A stretch of 64,000 nt of DNA, from NCBI GenBank assembly GCA_030390025.1, contig CM059432.1, positions 7,254,001-7,318,000 on the forward strand, written 5' to 3'. Of the stretch, positions 50,776 to 63,574 are shown piece by piece; within the stretch, counting starts at the first letter, position 1; each line of letters begins with the position of its first letter. Made by a program: the position numbers and the translations under genes. The DNA is from Squalus acanthias (Eukaryota). Under the pieces are notes generated by a model. It ran no database searches, was not told the origin of the DNA, and was given only the letters and a program-made list of their open reading frames with translations.

Positions 50776-52329
50776 TTATTTGCTGCAGCACGATTGCTTA
50801 GCCTTGCGCCTCAATGGCATCAGTTCTTCCTTGACTGTCCTGTTAGAATCATAGAATCGTACAGCACAGGTGGAGGCCATTCGTTTACGGGATGTGGGTG
50901 TCGCTGGCAAGGCCGGCATTTATTGCCCATCCCTAATTACCCTCGAGAAGGTGGTGGTGAGCCGCCTCCTTGAACCGCTGCAGTCCGTGTGGTGAAGCTA
51001 CTCCCACAGTGCTGTTAGGTAGGAAGTTCCAGCCATAAGAACATAAGAATTAGGAGCAGGAGTCGGCCATACAGCCCCTCGAACCTACTCCACCATTCAG
51101 TAAGATCATGGCTGATCTTTGACCTCAACTCCACTTCCCCGCTCGATCTCCATATCCCTCGATTCCCCTAGAGTCCAAAAATCTATCGATCTCAGTCTTG
51201 AATATACTCAACGATTCTAAGAACACGCCCCTTTCCCCATAGCCCTGCAATTTTCTCCCCTTCAAATATTTACCCAATTCTCTTTTGAAAGTTACTATTG
51301 AATCATCACCACCCTTTTAGGCCGTACATTTCAGATCATATTAACTCACTGCATAAACGAATTTCTGCCAGTGGAAACAGTTTTTCCTTATTTACTCAAT
51401 CAAAACCCTTCATGAATTTGAACGCCTCTATTAAATCTCCCCTTAACCTGCTCTGCCCAAAGGAGAACAACCCCAGCTTCTCCAGTCTCTCCACGTAACT
51501 GAAGTCCCTCATCCCTGGTACCGTTCTGGTAAATCTCCTCTGCACCCTCTCCAATGCCTTGAAGCAAGCAATGGGTCGAGGGGGTGGGGTTTGATTGAAA
51601 TTACTCTGGAAGGTATTTTAAAAGAAATATATGTAATTCTTGAAACTTACTTTTAGTTGCTGTCTGTAGGAGTCGTGGTTATTAGGAAGAATGTTGCTAT
51701 GCACCGAATCAATGTCCAGTAAATTATGAAGAAGGCCACAGGGGCATATTTACAGGTTAGCTTAAAATCCTGTCCATCAATGATGGATACAGGGGTATTT
51801 GTGGCTGTATGTTGCCCTTGATTTTTTTTTCAAAACTTCCTCCTCCTCTCTGTCTCCATCCCACTTTCTTTCCCTCACTTGCACGCTCGTTCTCTTACAC
51901 TTTCTCATTTGTCTCACATTTTCTTTTTATGTTCCTCTCACTTTCTCTTTTTCCTGCTTTCCCTTGCTCTCATAATACGGGAAACTGACGGGTTTTACAC
52001 CCCGCCCAATTTCGCCATCCATTGGTGAGTAATATTGGCCGGGGGTGTAAAACGATGTCCCACCCAATCCCATGGGTTTCCTGCCCGGTGGAATCGGTTA
52101 AAATTACCGGGGGTGGGGGGGGGGGGGGGGGCGGCATAGTCTTTTCTTGGTTGGCTAGTCCTGAAAGGGACCTTTGGTTGGCATGTTCGATGCTTTCATG
52201 CTTTTCAGACGGGGAGGCCGCTTTCGGATGTTCATCCGTCTTCTTGATGATGTTAGCTGGCAAGTTCTGGGTGAACTAGCGCACACAGGGAGACCACGTG
52301 TAGGTTGTCATCGCACACGGGTGGTATCG

Positions 52330-52667
52330 ACCCACTATCCAGATGGAGGGAATCGTGGGCCGCACGGCAACAGAAAGAACCAACACCTCATCACTGACCT
52401 AACAGCAGAGGTCCCCGGCTTCGACCTCCCTTGAGACGGTGGACGGCGCTCAACCCAATCCACTCAGGACACGGACGATGCGACCACCTGCTCCACAAGC
52501 GGAAGATGGGGGACGACCCGAAGTGCGACTGTGGCCATGAGTCCCAGACCATGGAACACATCGCATCAACCTGCCCACTGAGATCTGTTGTGGGAGGCAC
52601 CTCATTTCTCCACTCGGCATCTCAGGAGGCCATCGAATGAAGAGCCGAACTCAATATCCCATTATAA
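52330..52667 (+). mobile_element. Vingi/Ingi-like (I-group) LINE 3' fragment
   Basis: ITDLTAEVPGFDLP / RRWTALNPIHSGHGRCDHLLHK...PKCDCGHESQTMEHIASTCPLR...LHSASQEAIE (C-terminal CCHC knuckle). Confidence 0.75.
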
Positions 52668-53524
52668 GCTTCTCCCTTCATATTAAATTAGTTGTAATAT
52701 AGTCCTTTCTCTCTCTCGCTTGTTATATTCTGCTCTTTTTTTCCTCTCGCTCTACTGCAAAATGATCAAAAGTGAGCAAAGGCAAATAATCTTGGCCCCT
52801 TTGTCAGAGTTACAGAGCAGTCTTCCTTCCCCACCTTGATTACTCCTGACATCGGTATCTCTGCACGCTAATCATATGTTCCATTAGAATCCGCGGGGAT
52901 GCAACAGTGGACTGAAGTCTCAAATCAATTCCAGATTTGGACAAAAAAAATTAAAGCATTCTTGGTTTGCCGCAGTAGTCAGCAGAATTTTGGTATTAGT
53001 TCAGATCTTATTACCTTGATTTTCTTCATGAATATTCTTGTCTAAAAAAATGTTCGTGGTGCTGCATATATTTTGGTCAGTTGTCTGTGTAACATGTAGG
53101 GAAACCCACTATTACTGAAGAGTCTCCAAACTTAAAATACTGAGAAATAGGGACATGGGAACAGGAGGAGGCCATTCTGCCCCTCGAGCCTGTTCCACCA
53201 TTCAATTCAGTCATGGCTGATCTGTATCTTAACTCCATCTACCCGCCTTGGTTCCGTAACCCTTAATGCCCTTGCCTAACACAAATCTATCAACCTCCGT
53301 TTTGAAATTTTCAATTGGCCCCCAGCCGAAGCAGCTTTTTGGGGGAGAGAGTTCCAGATTTCCACCACCCTTTGTGTGAAGAAGTGCTTCCTGACATCAC
53401 CCCCGAAGGCCTGGCTCTAATTTTAAGGTTTTGCCCCCTTGTTCTGGACTCCCCCATCAGAGGAAATAATTTCTCTCTATCTATCCAATCAAATCCTTTA
53501 ATCGTCTTAAAACATCCCCCACCA

Positions 53525-54262
53525 ACAACAACAACAACTTGTATTTATATAGCGCTTTTAACGTAGTAAACCATCCCAAGGCGCTTCACAGGAGCGTTTA
53601 TCAAACAAAATTTGACACCGAGCCACTTAAGGAGATATTAGGGCAGCTTGGTCAAAGAGGTAGGTTTTAAGGAGCATCTTAAAGGAGGAGAGAGAGGGAG
53701 AGAGGCGGAGAGGTTTAGGCAGGGAATTCCAGAGCTTAGGGCCTTGGCAGCTGAAGGCACGGCCGCCAATGGTGGAGCGATTAAAATCAGGGTTGCTCAA
53801 GAGGGCAGAATTAGAGGAGCGCAGATATCTTGGGGGGGTTGTGGGGCTGGAGGAGATTACAGAGATAGGGAGGGGCGAGGCCATGGAGGGATTTGAAAAC
53901 AAGGATGAGAATTTTAAAATCGAGGCGTTGCTTAACCGGGAGCCAATGTCGGTCAGCGAGCACAGGGGGTGATGGGTGAACGGGACTTGGTGCGAGTTAG
54001 GACACGGGCAGAAGTTTGCGGCGTGTAGAACGTGGGAGGCCGGCCAGGAGTGTGTTGCAAGAGTCAAGTCTAGAGGTAACAAAGGCAGGGATGAGGGTTT
54101 TAGCAGCAGATGAGCTGAGGCAGGGGTTGGAGTCGGGCGATGTTACGGAGGTGGAAATGGGCGGTCTTGGTGGTGCCGTGGATATGTGGCTGGAAGCTCA
54201 TCTCGGGGTCAAATGTGACACCAGGGTCGCGAATAGTTTGGTGCAGCCTCAGACAGAGGAGA
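53525..54262 (-). mobile_element. L2 3' fragment
   Basis: Reverse-strand match to 3665-4318; (CAA)n tail at ~53525. Confidence 0.88.
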
Positions 54263-54512
54263 TAGTTTCTCTCCAGCTACCCTATCAACTCCTTTAATCA
54301 TCTTAAACACCTCAATTAGATCAGCCCTCAATCCACATAAGTAGCTTCTGGTTTCAGTCAATTGACGCGCAGAATGTGGCAAATGTCACCATTGGTGGCT
54401 TGGAAGGGACCTTGTGCAATGAGTAAAAAGATGTGGATGGCCGGTCCCCTTGGTAGATCTTAGCTGCAGGAGTAGATTGTGTAATTCTGTGAGGCCTCCA
54501 TTTGGAAACATA

Positions 54513-55389
54513 GGCCGGAATTTTGCCGGTGCTCAGGGGGCGGGTTTGGAGGCGGGACCGCTGTCAAAATCGCAAAGATTGACAGCGGGCAGGAAACCCG
54601 CTGTCAACCCGCCTCCAATCAATCCTCCCAAGTGTCGGGTCCCCCGATTTGCGCATGCACCCGACACCTAGCGGCGGGAAGAGGATTAAAGCCACTTACC
54701 TTCCTGTCAACAGGTAGTTGATACTTGTTAACAGGCTCTTTTTCAATTTTGCCGCTTCTGCCTCGGGTTTCTCAACGTTCGGACACCACGCCAGGTAAGT
54801 GTGGCGTGTTGTGAGTCTGCTGTAATGTTTCTGCATTGATGACAGCTGCAGAAGTGGTGTGAAGGATCCAATGGTGCACTGGTGAGTTTCAGAGGTAAGG
54901 AAATGTTGGGAAAATCATTTTTAATGCATTTACACTTTTCTGTAGGTAACAAGTTTTGATTTGTATGTGTAGTCCCACCTCATTGGGAGAACCTCTCTCA
55001 CCAGTGACAGATCGCTTCTGTAACCTCACCTGCAGCTGCCATCTGTTCTGGCCTATGGAGGGAGTCATTGGAGAGCCTGGGTGCAAGAGCTCACCTTTGT
55101 ACAGTGATTGTCAGTGTTCGCAGCACCTCAATGCTGTCAAACACTGAGAAATCAGCTGTCAAAAAAAAATTGTGCGTGGTTCCTTTTAGAAAACCGGCAG
55201 ATGACACGTCATCAAATGACGTCATCTGACCGGCTTCCTCTTAATTGGCTGGCAAGCTCGCAGGGCGGGCTTAACAAGGTCAATCAAGGGAAAATAACGT
55301 CCGTGAGCCGGATGCAGTTGGGGGCGGGACTGGAACCCGGAAACCAGCTGACCCGCTCCCAAGCCGCATCCATTCACAAAATCGCGGCC
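54513..55389. mobile_element. MITE related to 58644-59490
   Basis: TIR ggccggaattttg/caaaatcgcggcc; flanks ata/gta; shared internal cagggcgggcttaacaaggtcaat. Confidence 0.75.
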
Positions 55390-56317
55390 GTAGATCACAA
55401 CGGCAGGTCTCCTCAGACACCGCCGATTAGGTATGAAGACTTGGATCAATTTTCGCGCAGGGAGGTTCTCCCGCTTGTCTGCCATAATTTTGTTTGAAAA
55501 AGCCGCGGAATCTGCCGGGAAAAAATTCCTGGTGTAAACGCTGAGGTTACGGCGGACGGGCGGGAGGAACACTACGGAAATTCCCCCCTCGATTCCTGGA
55601 ATAAGGTCCAACGGGCACCAGATGGCTGTGGGGCGCTTGCGGTAGCTTTGCTCCCTCTGTTTGAACTCTCTCTTTCCGCCTTGAAATCCAGCCCGAGGGA
55701 GTTCCACTGCTGAACACGGCTGTAGGTTACCGCCATTGAAGGAGCTTCTATCCGCGACGTCATGCTGTTTAGAAAAGGTATCGGTAAAAAAGGAGTCTCT
55801 CGGTACAAACATACAGCAGCGACTGACGTACCGAAGATAATGCAGAGAAGGTCAAGAGGGAGAATACTTCCAATGCAATAGTCACTCAAACCTTTCAAGA
55901 ATAAATAGAGCAGGAAATTCCAACTGTGCCTATTTCAAACAGATGGACAAAGCTGAAAGAAATCAGAAGATTTCAGCATGGGAACAATTTAGCTACAATC
56001 AGGAGGTACCACGAGACCCGCGTGTGCTCTGCGCGAGACCAGCATAAACCAATGCCCCTTTCATCACAATACCACTAAAAGCTTGGTGCTCAATCTCGGT
56101 CGAAGAAAACCCTTGTATTACATGCCTAGGTGTTCTGATAACACGGCTTTAAATATACCTTTTAACGTTGTTTGAGAAAAGCTGTTTTCAACTTCCTTCA
56201 TATTCTACAACGGATCCTTTTAATCATTGGCATGAGAGAAATATCTGAATAAAACCTTAAAAACGTAGCGCGCAGCGTGATTCTTCCTCCAAACTGGCGA
56301 AGTACTTTGCTGTTACA

Positions 56318-56765
56318 ATGATCAGCTCCGATGGACGGGTCACATTGTCCGCATGCCCGATACGAGACTCCCAAAACAAGCACTCTACTCGGAGCTCCGG
56401 CACGGCAAGAGAGCCCCAGGTGGGCAGAGGAAACGCTTCAAGGACACCCTCAAGCCTCCTTGAAAAAGTGCAACATCCCCACCGACACCTGGGAATCCCT
56501 GACCCAAGATCGCACAAAGTGGAGGAGAAGCATCCGGGAAGGCGCCGAACACCTTGAGTCTCTTCGCCGGGAGCAAGCGGAAGCCAAGCGCAAGGAGCGC
56601 ACGTCAACCCAAGCACCCCACCCACCCGCCCCTTCAACCACCGTCTGCCCCACCTGTGACAGAGACTGTAGGTCCCGCATTGGACTCATCAGTCACCTGA
56701 GAACTCATTTTTAGTGTGGAAGCAAGTCATCCTCGGTTCCGAGGGACTGCCTAAGAAGAAGAAGA
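56318..56765 (+). mobile_element. RTE LINE 3' fragment
   Basis: Same family as 16312-16850; (AAG)n tail. Confidence 0.9.
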
Positions 56766-56819
56766 TTTGCTGAGATGTTGCATCCCGGATGAGCCCTTGT
56801 TTTGTTACAAATATCTTTG

Positions 56820-58235
56820 CAGGCGGCAGGACAAGTTAGTATGGCTGTTAAAAAAGCATCTTTGGCTTTGTAAATAGAGGCACAGAGCACAAAAGCAAGG
56901 AAGCTAAGCTAAGCATTCATAAATCACTGGTTGGACCTCAGCTGGAGTACTGTGCCCAATTCTGGGCACCACACTTTAGGAAGGATGTCAAGGCCGAGGA
57001 GAAGGTGCAGAGCAGAACCACTAGAATGGTACCAGGGATGAGGGACTTCAGTTATTTGGAGGGATTGTTCTTCTAACAGCAGAGAAGGTTAAGGGGAGAT
57101 TCGATAGAAGTGTTCAAAATTAAAAAGGGTTTTGATAGAGTAGGTGGGGAGAAACTGTTTCCACTGGCGGGGGGGTTGATAACCAAAGGACACAGATTTA
57201 AGATAATTGATGAAAGAACTAAAGGGGATTTGAGGAGAAATTCTTTTATGCAGCGAGTTGTTATGACCTGGAATGCGCTGCCTGAAAGGGTGTTGGAAGC
57301 AGATTTAATAGTGGCCCTGAAATTCGCCTCTCCGGCTTGCCGCGGGGGTAAGGATCGCGCGCGCACTTACCTACCGCGCCTGCCGTTGACCTCTGGGCCC
57401 ACGGGGACTTCAGCTCCTGGTCCTGCTCCAAGAGCCGGCACGCAGTGCTTGCGTGTCCCAGGGGCGCAGTTAGTGCGATGCGTCCCCTGGGATCACGTGG
57501 GCCATGGAGAGCCAATGGCAGCAGACCATCTTTCATTCATAGATTTGACAGGAAGACCTGTCAAATCTGTGAATCGAAATCGGCCCCAAAAGAACAGCTA
57601 AACTTAAAATAAATTAAAAAAAAAACCATCACATTTATAAAATAACTATAGTTAAATAAATTAACCACTTTAAACAAAAAGTTAAATTTTTGAAAAAATT
57701 AAAATACTTTTTAACGGTGCTAAAAATAAACTTACCTTTCTTTAAAGTATCTAAAAAAAGATAAACCTGTTGAAAAATGTTTTAAATTATAATTAATTAA
57801 CCACTTACCTTGTTGAAAACGGGTCCTGTGCCTCCTTTTTAAATGTGCAGGTTCTTCAATACTTAACCTCCCGTAGAAACCTGAAAAAAACCCTAAGTTT
57901 GCTGCGTGCACGCAGCCTCTACCGCGCACGCGGTTCACCTAGGAACCGCCCCCTTCACCAGACCGGAAGTTCCGGTTTCCCGCGCATGCGCAGTGCATGC
58001 AGGAAACCGGCACTTCGGGACGCCTTACGGGTGAGTATGGACTGTGTACTCACCCGGGAAGGGCCGAATTTTTGGCCCAGTAACTTTCAAAAGTAAATTG
58101 GATAAATACTTGAAAAGGAGAAATTTGCAGGGCTATGGGGAAAGAGCAGGGGGAGTGGGACTAGTTGGAGAGCTCTTTCAAAGAGCTGGCACAGACACAA
58201 TGGGACGAATGGCTTCTTCAGTGCTGTACGATCTT
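56820..58235 (+). mobile_element. CR1 3' fragment interrupted by MITE
   Basis: KLFPLAGG...QRVVMTWNALPERV; resumes at 58079. Confidence 0.82.
57313..58078 (-). mobile_element. MITE family A copy 3, TSD agt
   Basis: Reverse-oriented homologue of 32150-32914; 766 bp. Confidence 0.88.
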
Positions 58236-58643
58236 CTGATTGCATGTGAATTCATAATTTCATAATTATATGTTCTCTTCAGATGCAAAAATTATTCAAT
58301 GTAAAATTCAGGATATTCTAAGCCGCAGTATGTTAGACAGCTGTGCTAGTAAAAGAGTATCCTGGGAGATTGCAACATTATCCAGGGAACGTTTGAGAAG
58401 GCAGGACTAATGAGCAACAGCCGAGAATGGTCAGAAGAACGAAGATTACATGAACTGCCTTGCTGTGTAAGTGCTCCTGACTAGAGCTGGTGTGTCTTCA
58501 CTTGCATCCATCATCTACATTTTATCCAGACAATTCAGCAAGATGGCCACACCTGCTGTGCACACAGAGGGCATTCAACAAAATTGGATCACTTAAAAAT
58601 ATGCTTCTTTCTTGACTTCATTCACGAAAAACATAGAGTGAAA

Positions 58644-59490
58644 GGGCTGGATTTTCCAAGCCCCGAGGAGGCGGGCATGGAGGCGGGACTGCCGGTAAAC
58701 TCGGAGAAAGTGGGGGCGGATGACAAACCCGCCCCCATCCCGCCTCCGTGCCCTTTTGCCAGGAGGCGGGAAGATGTGCAGCTTCGGGTCCCGTCTCCTG
58801 GAGGCGGGAAAGGCATTTAATCCTTTTAACTGCCTGTTAACAGGTAGTTAACAGGCAGAAAAAAGGATTAGTGTCATTTTACCTTTGCAGGTGAAGGCTT
58901 CCCGACCTCGGAGAACCCCGCCGGGTTGGAGGAGACGTGGAGGAGGTCTGCGGCGGTCAGAGGCACCTGGAAGTAAGGTGTAGAGGTGAGTGATGGGTGC
59001 AAGTGTGGAGTGGTAAGTATGTAAGGTGAGTGATAAGTTTAAGAAAGTGTTCACTCACCTTGTTTTCTTCCTACAGCCTTTAGCCGCGGTGGATCGGGAG
59101 AGCCGACATCCTGCTTGTCAATTTCACAGAATGGCTGTTGGAACCTCCGTTCCTACAGCGATGTGAAATTTACAAATTTGAAAGGTTTGATGAGTCCTCA
59201 ACACAAAGACTCATCAAACTAAAGAGAATGTCAGTGTTTGACAGCTTCACAGAGCCTGTCAAACGCTGACATTTCTTCTTACAAGAAGTCTTGACAGATA
59301 GCACATCTGACGTTGACGTGCTCTGTCAGTGACTTCCTCCCTAATTGGCCTGCTGAGCCCGCAGGGCAGGCTTAACAAGTTCAATCAGGGTAAAATCCCT
59401 CTGGTTGGTCAGGCGAGGATGGAGGCGGGACATTGATACGACAAGCAACTGTCCCACCTCCAACTCGCCTCCATTCACAAAATCCAGCCC
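58644..59490. mobile_element. MITE with perfect 12-bp TIR GGGCTGGATTTT
   Basis: gggctggatttt...aaaatccagccc; flanks aaa/ata. Confidence 0.88.
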
Positions 59491-59501
59491 ATAGAGTCGT
59501 A

Positions 59502-60395
59502 GGGGGAAAAATTCGGTTGGTTTGCGCCTCCCGTTAACGCCTTAAGAGGGCGCTAATGGGGCGCAAAGCAACTAGTGCCCGTGCACGGCGATGTTTGCGC
59601 CGCTCACAAAATTAACTAGACATTTTGCGGCGGCGCTAAACACTACCACCACGATCTCCTGCGGCGGCAGATTGTGACGTCAGCCGAGAGTGCAACGCCC
59701 CGGTAGCGCCCCGGACCGGATATTGAGTGGCGCCCGCTGTCTTACCGCCTGCCGCTAGTAACGACAGGTTGAGGGGAGCGTTTTGCAGTCAGGAAGGGAC
59801 TGGGGGAGCGCTATTTAAAGGCGACCGCTTCCTGACTTTTTTTGTCGGCAAAATTTTTGCACCACACATTCTGAGTGAGAGAGAGAGAGACTTCTGGAGA
59901 GATTCAACGCTGTGTGAAGGAGTTTTAGGTACTGAGCAGCATTTTGCAGGTTCTTTCTGGTTTGATCTTCCTTGCATCGATTTAGAAGAGAATATGGGGG
60001 CTGCTTTCTGAGCTCTTTCCCTGGGCCTCTCCATTGTTCTTTCCAACAGATTTGATGTACAGGTCTCTCCAGGCTGAGATTCAAGGCTGCAATGAGCAGG
60101 ATGTGGATGGAAAGCAAAAGCGACCCTCCCCTTTAAGAACTGGCCAGCGCCAGTGTGTCTGTGTTCCATTGCTGACTGACATCACATGAGCTTCGCCAGC
60201 GCTCTGAGGTAGCGCCTCGCTCCTCGGCCTTTGCGCCTTAAGACAGTTGTGAAGCGCCTGATTTAGCGCTCCAATCACCTCCAGGGGCGATAAAAGCCAA
60301 GTTTGCAGTCGGAGGCGATAATTAGCGCCAGGCGCTAATCTTTGCGCCCGGCCGATAATTGCGCCCCAAATGGGGCGATACTGAATTTCTCCCAC
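59502..60395. mobile_element. MITE (TIR gggggaaaaattc/gaatttctcccac)
   Basis: TIRs; flanks gta/ata within a catagagt-repeat CR1 tail. Confidence 0.72.
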
Positions 60396-61390
60396 ATAGA
60401 GTCAGAACGGTACAGAAGGAGGCCATTCGGCCCATCGAGTCAGTGCCAGCTCTCTGTAGAGCAATCCAATCTGTCCCATTCCCCCGCTCTATCACTGTAG
60501 CCCTGCAAGTTTATTTCCCTTAGGTGCCTATCCAGTCTCCCCTTGAAAACATTGAGTGTGTCCGCTTCCACATAAATCACTCCAGATACGTCAAGATTAA
60601 TGGGTTAATTTGCTGGTCTCTCTTTAACATTGTGTTAAAATAGATTTTGTTGTTTAGAGGGGAGAGAGAATAAAATGTTTTGCAAGTCAGAAAGCAGAGA
60701 GGAGTGGAGAACGGTTGTTTTTCAGACTGGAGGGAAGTATACAGTGATGTCCCCCCAGGGGGCGGTATTAGGACCACTGCTCTTTTTGATATATATTAAT
60801 GACCTGGACTTGGGTATACGGGGGGTGGGGGGGGGAGGGGGTGTAATTTCAATGTTTGCAGATGACACAAAGCTTGGAAATGCAGGAAACAGCCAGGTGG
60901 CTAGCAGCAGACTTCAGGAGGACTGGGGAAATAGGCAGACGCGTGGCAGATTTAATTTAACGCAGAGAAGTGTGAAGTGATTCATTTTGGTAGGGAGAAT
61001 GAGGAGAGGCAAAGTAAACTAAGTGGTACAATTTTAAAGGGGGTGCAGGAACAGAACCTGGGGGTGTACGTACACAAGTCTTTGAAGGTGGCAGGACAAG
61101 TTGAGAAGGCTGTTAAAAAAACATACGGGATCCTTGGCTTTATTAATAGAGGCTTGGAGTATAAAAGCAAGGAAGTTCTGCTAAAACTTTATAAAACACT
61201 GGTTAGGCCCCAGCTGGGCACCACATTTTAGGAAAGATGTTAAGGCCCTGGAGAGGGTGCAGAAGAGATTTACTGGAGTGGTTCCAGGGATTGAAGGACT
61301 TGAGTTATGTGGATGGACTGGAGAAGGTGGGATTGTTCTCCTTAGAGCTGAGAAGGTTAAGGAAAGATTTGATAGAGGTGTTCAAAATTA

Positions 61391-62446
61391 TCACCTGCTG
61401 ACTCCCCAAAGCCATCTACAAGGCAAGAGTCAGGAGTGTGATGGAATACTCTCCACTTGCCTGGATGAGTGCAGCTCCAACAACACTCGAGAGGCTCGAC
61501 ACCATCCAGGACAAAGCAGCCCGCTTGATTGGCACCTCATCCACCACCTTAAACATTCACTCCCTCCACCACCGGTGCACCGTGGCTGCAGTGTGTACCA
61601 TCTACAAGATGCACTGCAGCAACTTGCCAAGGCTTCTTCGGCAGCACCTCCCAAACCCGCGACCTCTTCCACCTAGAAGGGCAAGGGAACACCACCACCT
61701 CCAAGTCCCCCTCCCAGTCACACACCATCCTGACTTGGAAGTATATCACCGATCCTTCATCGTCGCTGGGTCAAAATCCTGGAACTCCCTCCCTAACAGC
61801 ACTGTGGGAGCACCTTCACCACACGGACTGCAGTGGTTCAAGAAGGCGGCTCACCACCACCTTCTCGAGGGCAATTAGGGATGGGCAATACATGCTGGCC
61901 TTGCCAGCGACGCCCACATCCCAGGATTGATTAAAAAAAAACAGATGTAGGCCATTCAGCCCATTGAGCCTGCTTTTGCAACTCTTCATCTCGATTTTAA
62001 CTCCCCCAAATGGAGTGGGGGGGATCTTACCCCACCCTGATCTGACCGACTGCAATTTTAAATTGCAGGCAGCGAGGACACCTGTCCCCAAGCCCAGGCC
62101 CCGCCCTCTCGCTCACTCAGGCCCCGCCCTCTCGCCCAGGCCCCTCCCCTCGCATGCACTGACCCCCACTCTGACTTAAAATCCAGGCCTTCATGTTTCC
62201 CCATATCAACCCCTCACCTTATTTCCTTTCTGAACATTTCTATTGATTCTGCAGCTATAGTTGACTCGGGAATGCATTCCATTCCCAGGGGCTGTTTCCT
62301 CTGGCTGGAGGGTCTAGAACCAGGGGTCACAGTCTCAGGATAAGGGGTCGGCCATTTAGGACTGAGATGAGAAGAAATTTCATCGCTCAGAGGGTTGTGA
62401 ATCTTTGGAATTCTCTAACAAAGAGGGCTGTGGATGCTGAATCGTT
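61391..62446. repeat. Right arm of long-range inverted duplication (partner 131-1221)
   Basis: Reverse complement of 131-1221 with a few small indels. Confidence 0.95.
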
Positions 62447-62460
62447 GAGTATATTCAAGG

Positions 62461-62605
62461 AACATCAGCGAGAAGTCGCACAACACCAGGTTATAGTCCA
62501 ACAGTTTTATTTGAAATCACAAGCTTTCGGAGCGCCGCTCCTTCGTCAGGTGAAGTAAAGGAATACAAATCGACAAAGCATATCTAGATAGAGAACGATG
62601 CATGT
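62461..62605 (-). mobile_element. Penelope-like terminal repeat fragment
   Basis: About 90 bp inverted match to 63719-63805. Confidence 0.8.
62517..62553 (-). ncRNA. Minimal hammerhead ribozyme motif (second family)
   Basis: Minus strand: tcac-CTGACGA-a ggagc ggc gctcc-GAAA-gctt-gtga. Confidence 0.78.
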
Positions 62606-62629
62606 GAAGCGTACAAATGGCAGACGACT

Positions 62630-63060
62630 ACCCCTGTGCACGCTGACCTACGTTGACTCCCGGTCCAGCAACATGTTCAATTTAAAATTCTCATCCTGGT
62701 TTACAAAGCCCTCCCTATCTCTGTAACCTCCGCCAGCCCTACAACCCTTTGAGACCTCTGCGCACCTCCAATTCTGACCTCTTGAGCATCCCCAATTTTC
62801 AGTCGTTGCACCACTGGCGGCCGTGCCTTCAGCGACCTGGGCCCTGAGCTCTGGAATTCCCTCCCTAAACCTCTCCGCCTCTCTCTCCTTTTTTTAAGAC
62901 GCTCCTTAAAACCTACCTCTTTGACTAAGCTTTTGGTCATCTGTCCTGATATCTCCTTATGTGGACCATTGCCAAATTCGGTTTGATAATCGCTCCTGTG
63001 CGGCGCCTCGGGACGTTTTACTACATTAAAGGCGCTATATAAATGCAAGTTGTTGTTGTT
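62630..63060 (+). mobile_element. L2 3' fragment
   Basis: Similar to the other L2 ends; (TTG)n tail. Confidence 0.82.
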
Positions 63061-63574
63061 TCTCCAGCCAAGGCCCTTTCCAGTTCACCGTTCTCTTTGG
63101 ATGAATTAGCACTACAATTGCTAGGACTGTTCAAAGTGCAACATATTTCTAAGTTTTTGAAAGATGTGCTGCCAAGCCCAGCAAGCCTCATGAAAGCTCT
63201 GATTCCAATGTAAATGAGTCCCCATCCTCGATTTAACAGCTTTTGGGCTGCCCCTTTACTCATGGTTCAGCCTGCCCGTATGAAACAAGCTCAATACGGT
63301 CGAGATGGTCTGGCCAGTTTTGAAGTTGGCTTTTTAAAGGTATGTAGCACATTTAAGTTGGTTGAGAATTCAGCCATTGTTTTTTTAATTTATTGCTTTC
63401 TCTGCCTTTTCATTAGTGGCTTGTGTTTTCTTGCAGCTTTGGCCTGAATGTACATTGCAAGATTCTCCTACAGCAGCCTTGCTTTCTGCTGCTCTTTCCC
63501 TTGTAGCGAGCTTTGTGGTCAGGAAGGGAATTCGTTTGGGGATTCCAATGGTGCTCCTAGTTATGTTTTCCTGA

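Noticed and set aside
55222..55812. 196-aa minus-strand ORF
   Set aside because: Runs into a MITE and has no recognisable domain
16312..56765. RTE copies as a third inverted duplication
   Set aside because: Different 5' truncation points and unrelated flanks indicate independent insertions
1222..61390. 60-kb inversion with staggered-break duplications, or a giant TIR element (Polinton/Teratorn-like)
   Set aside because: The left arm is contiguous with its inner flank, and the CR1 flanking the right arm resumes at 63844, which indicates an insertion. No transposase, polymerase or capsid genes are seen inside
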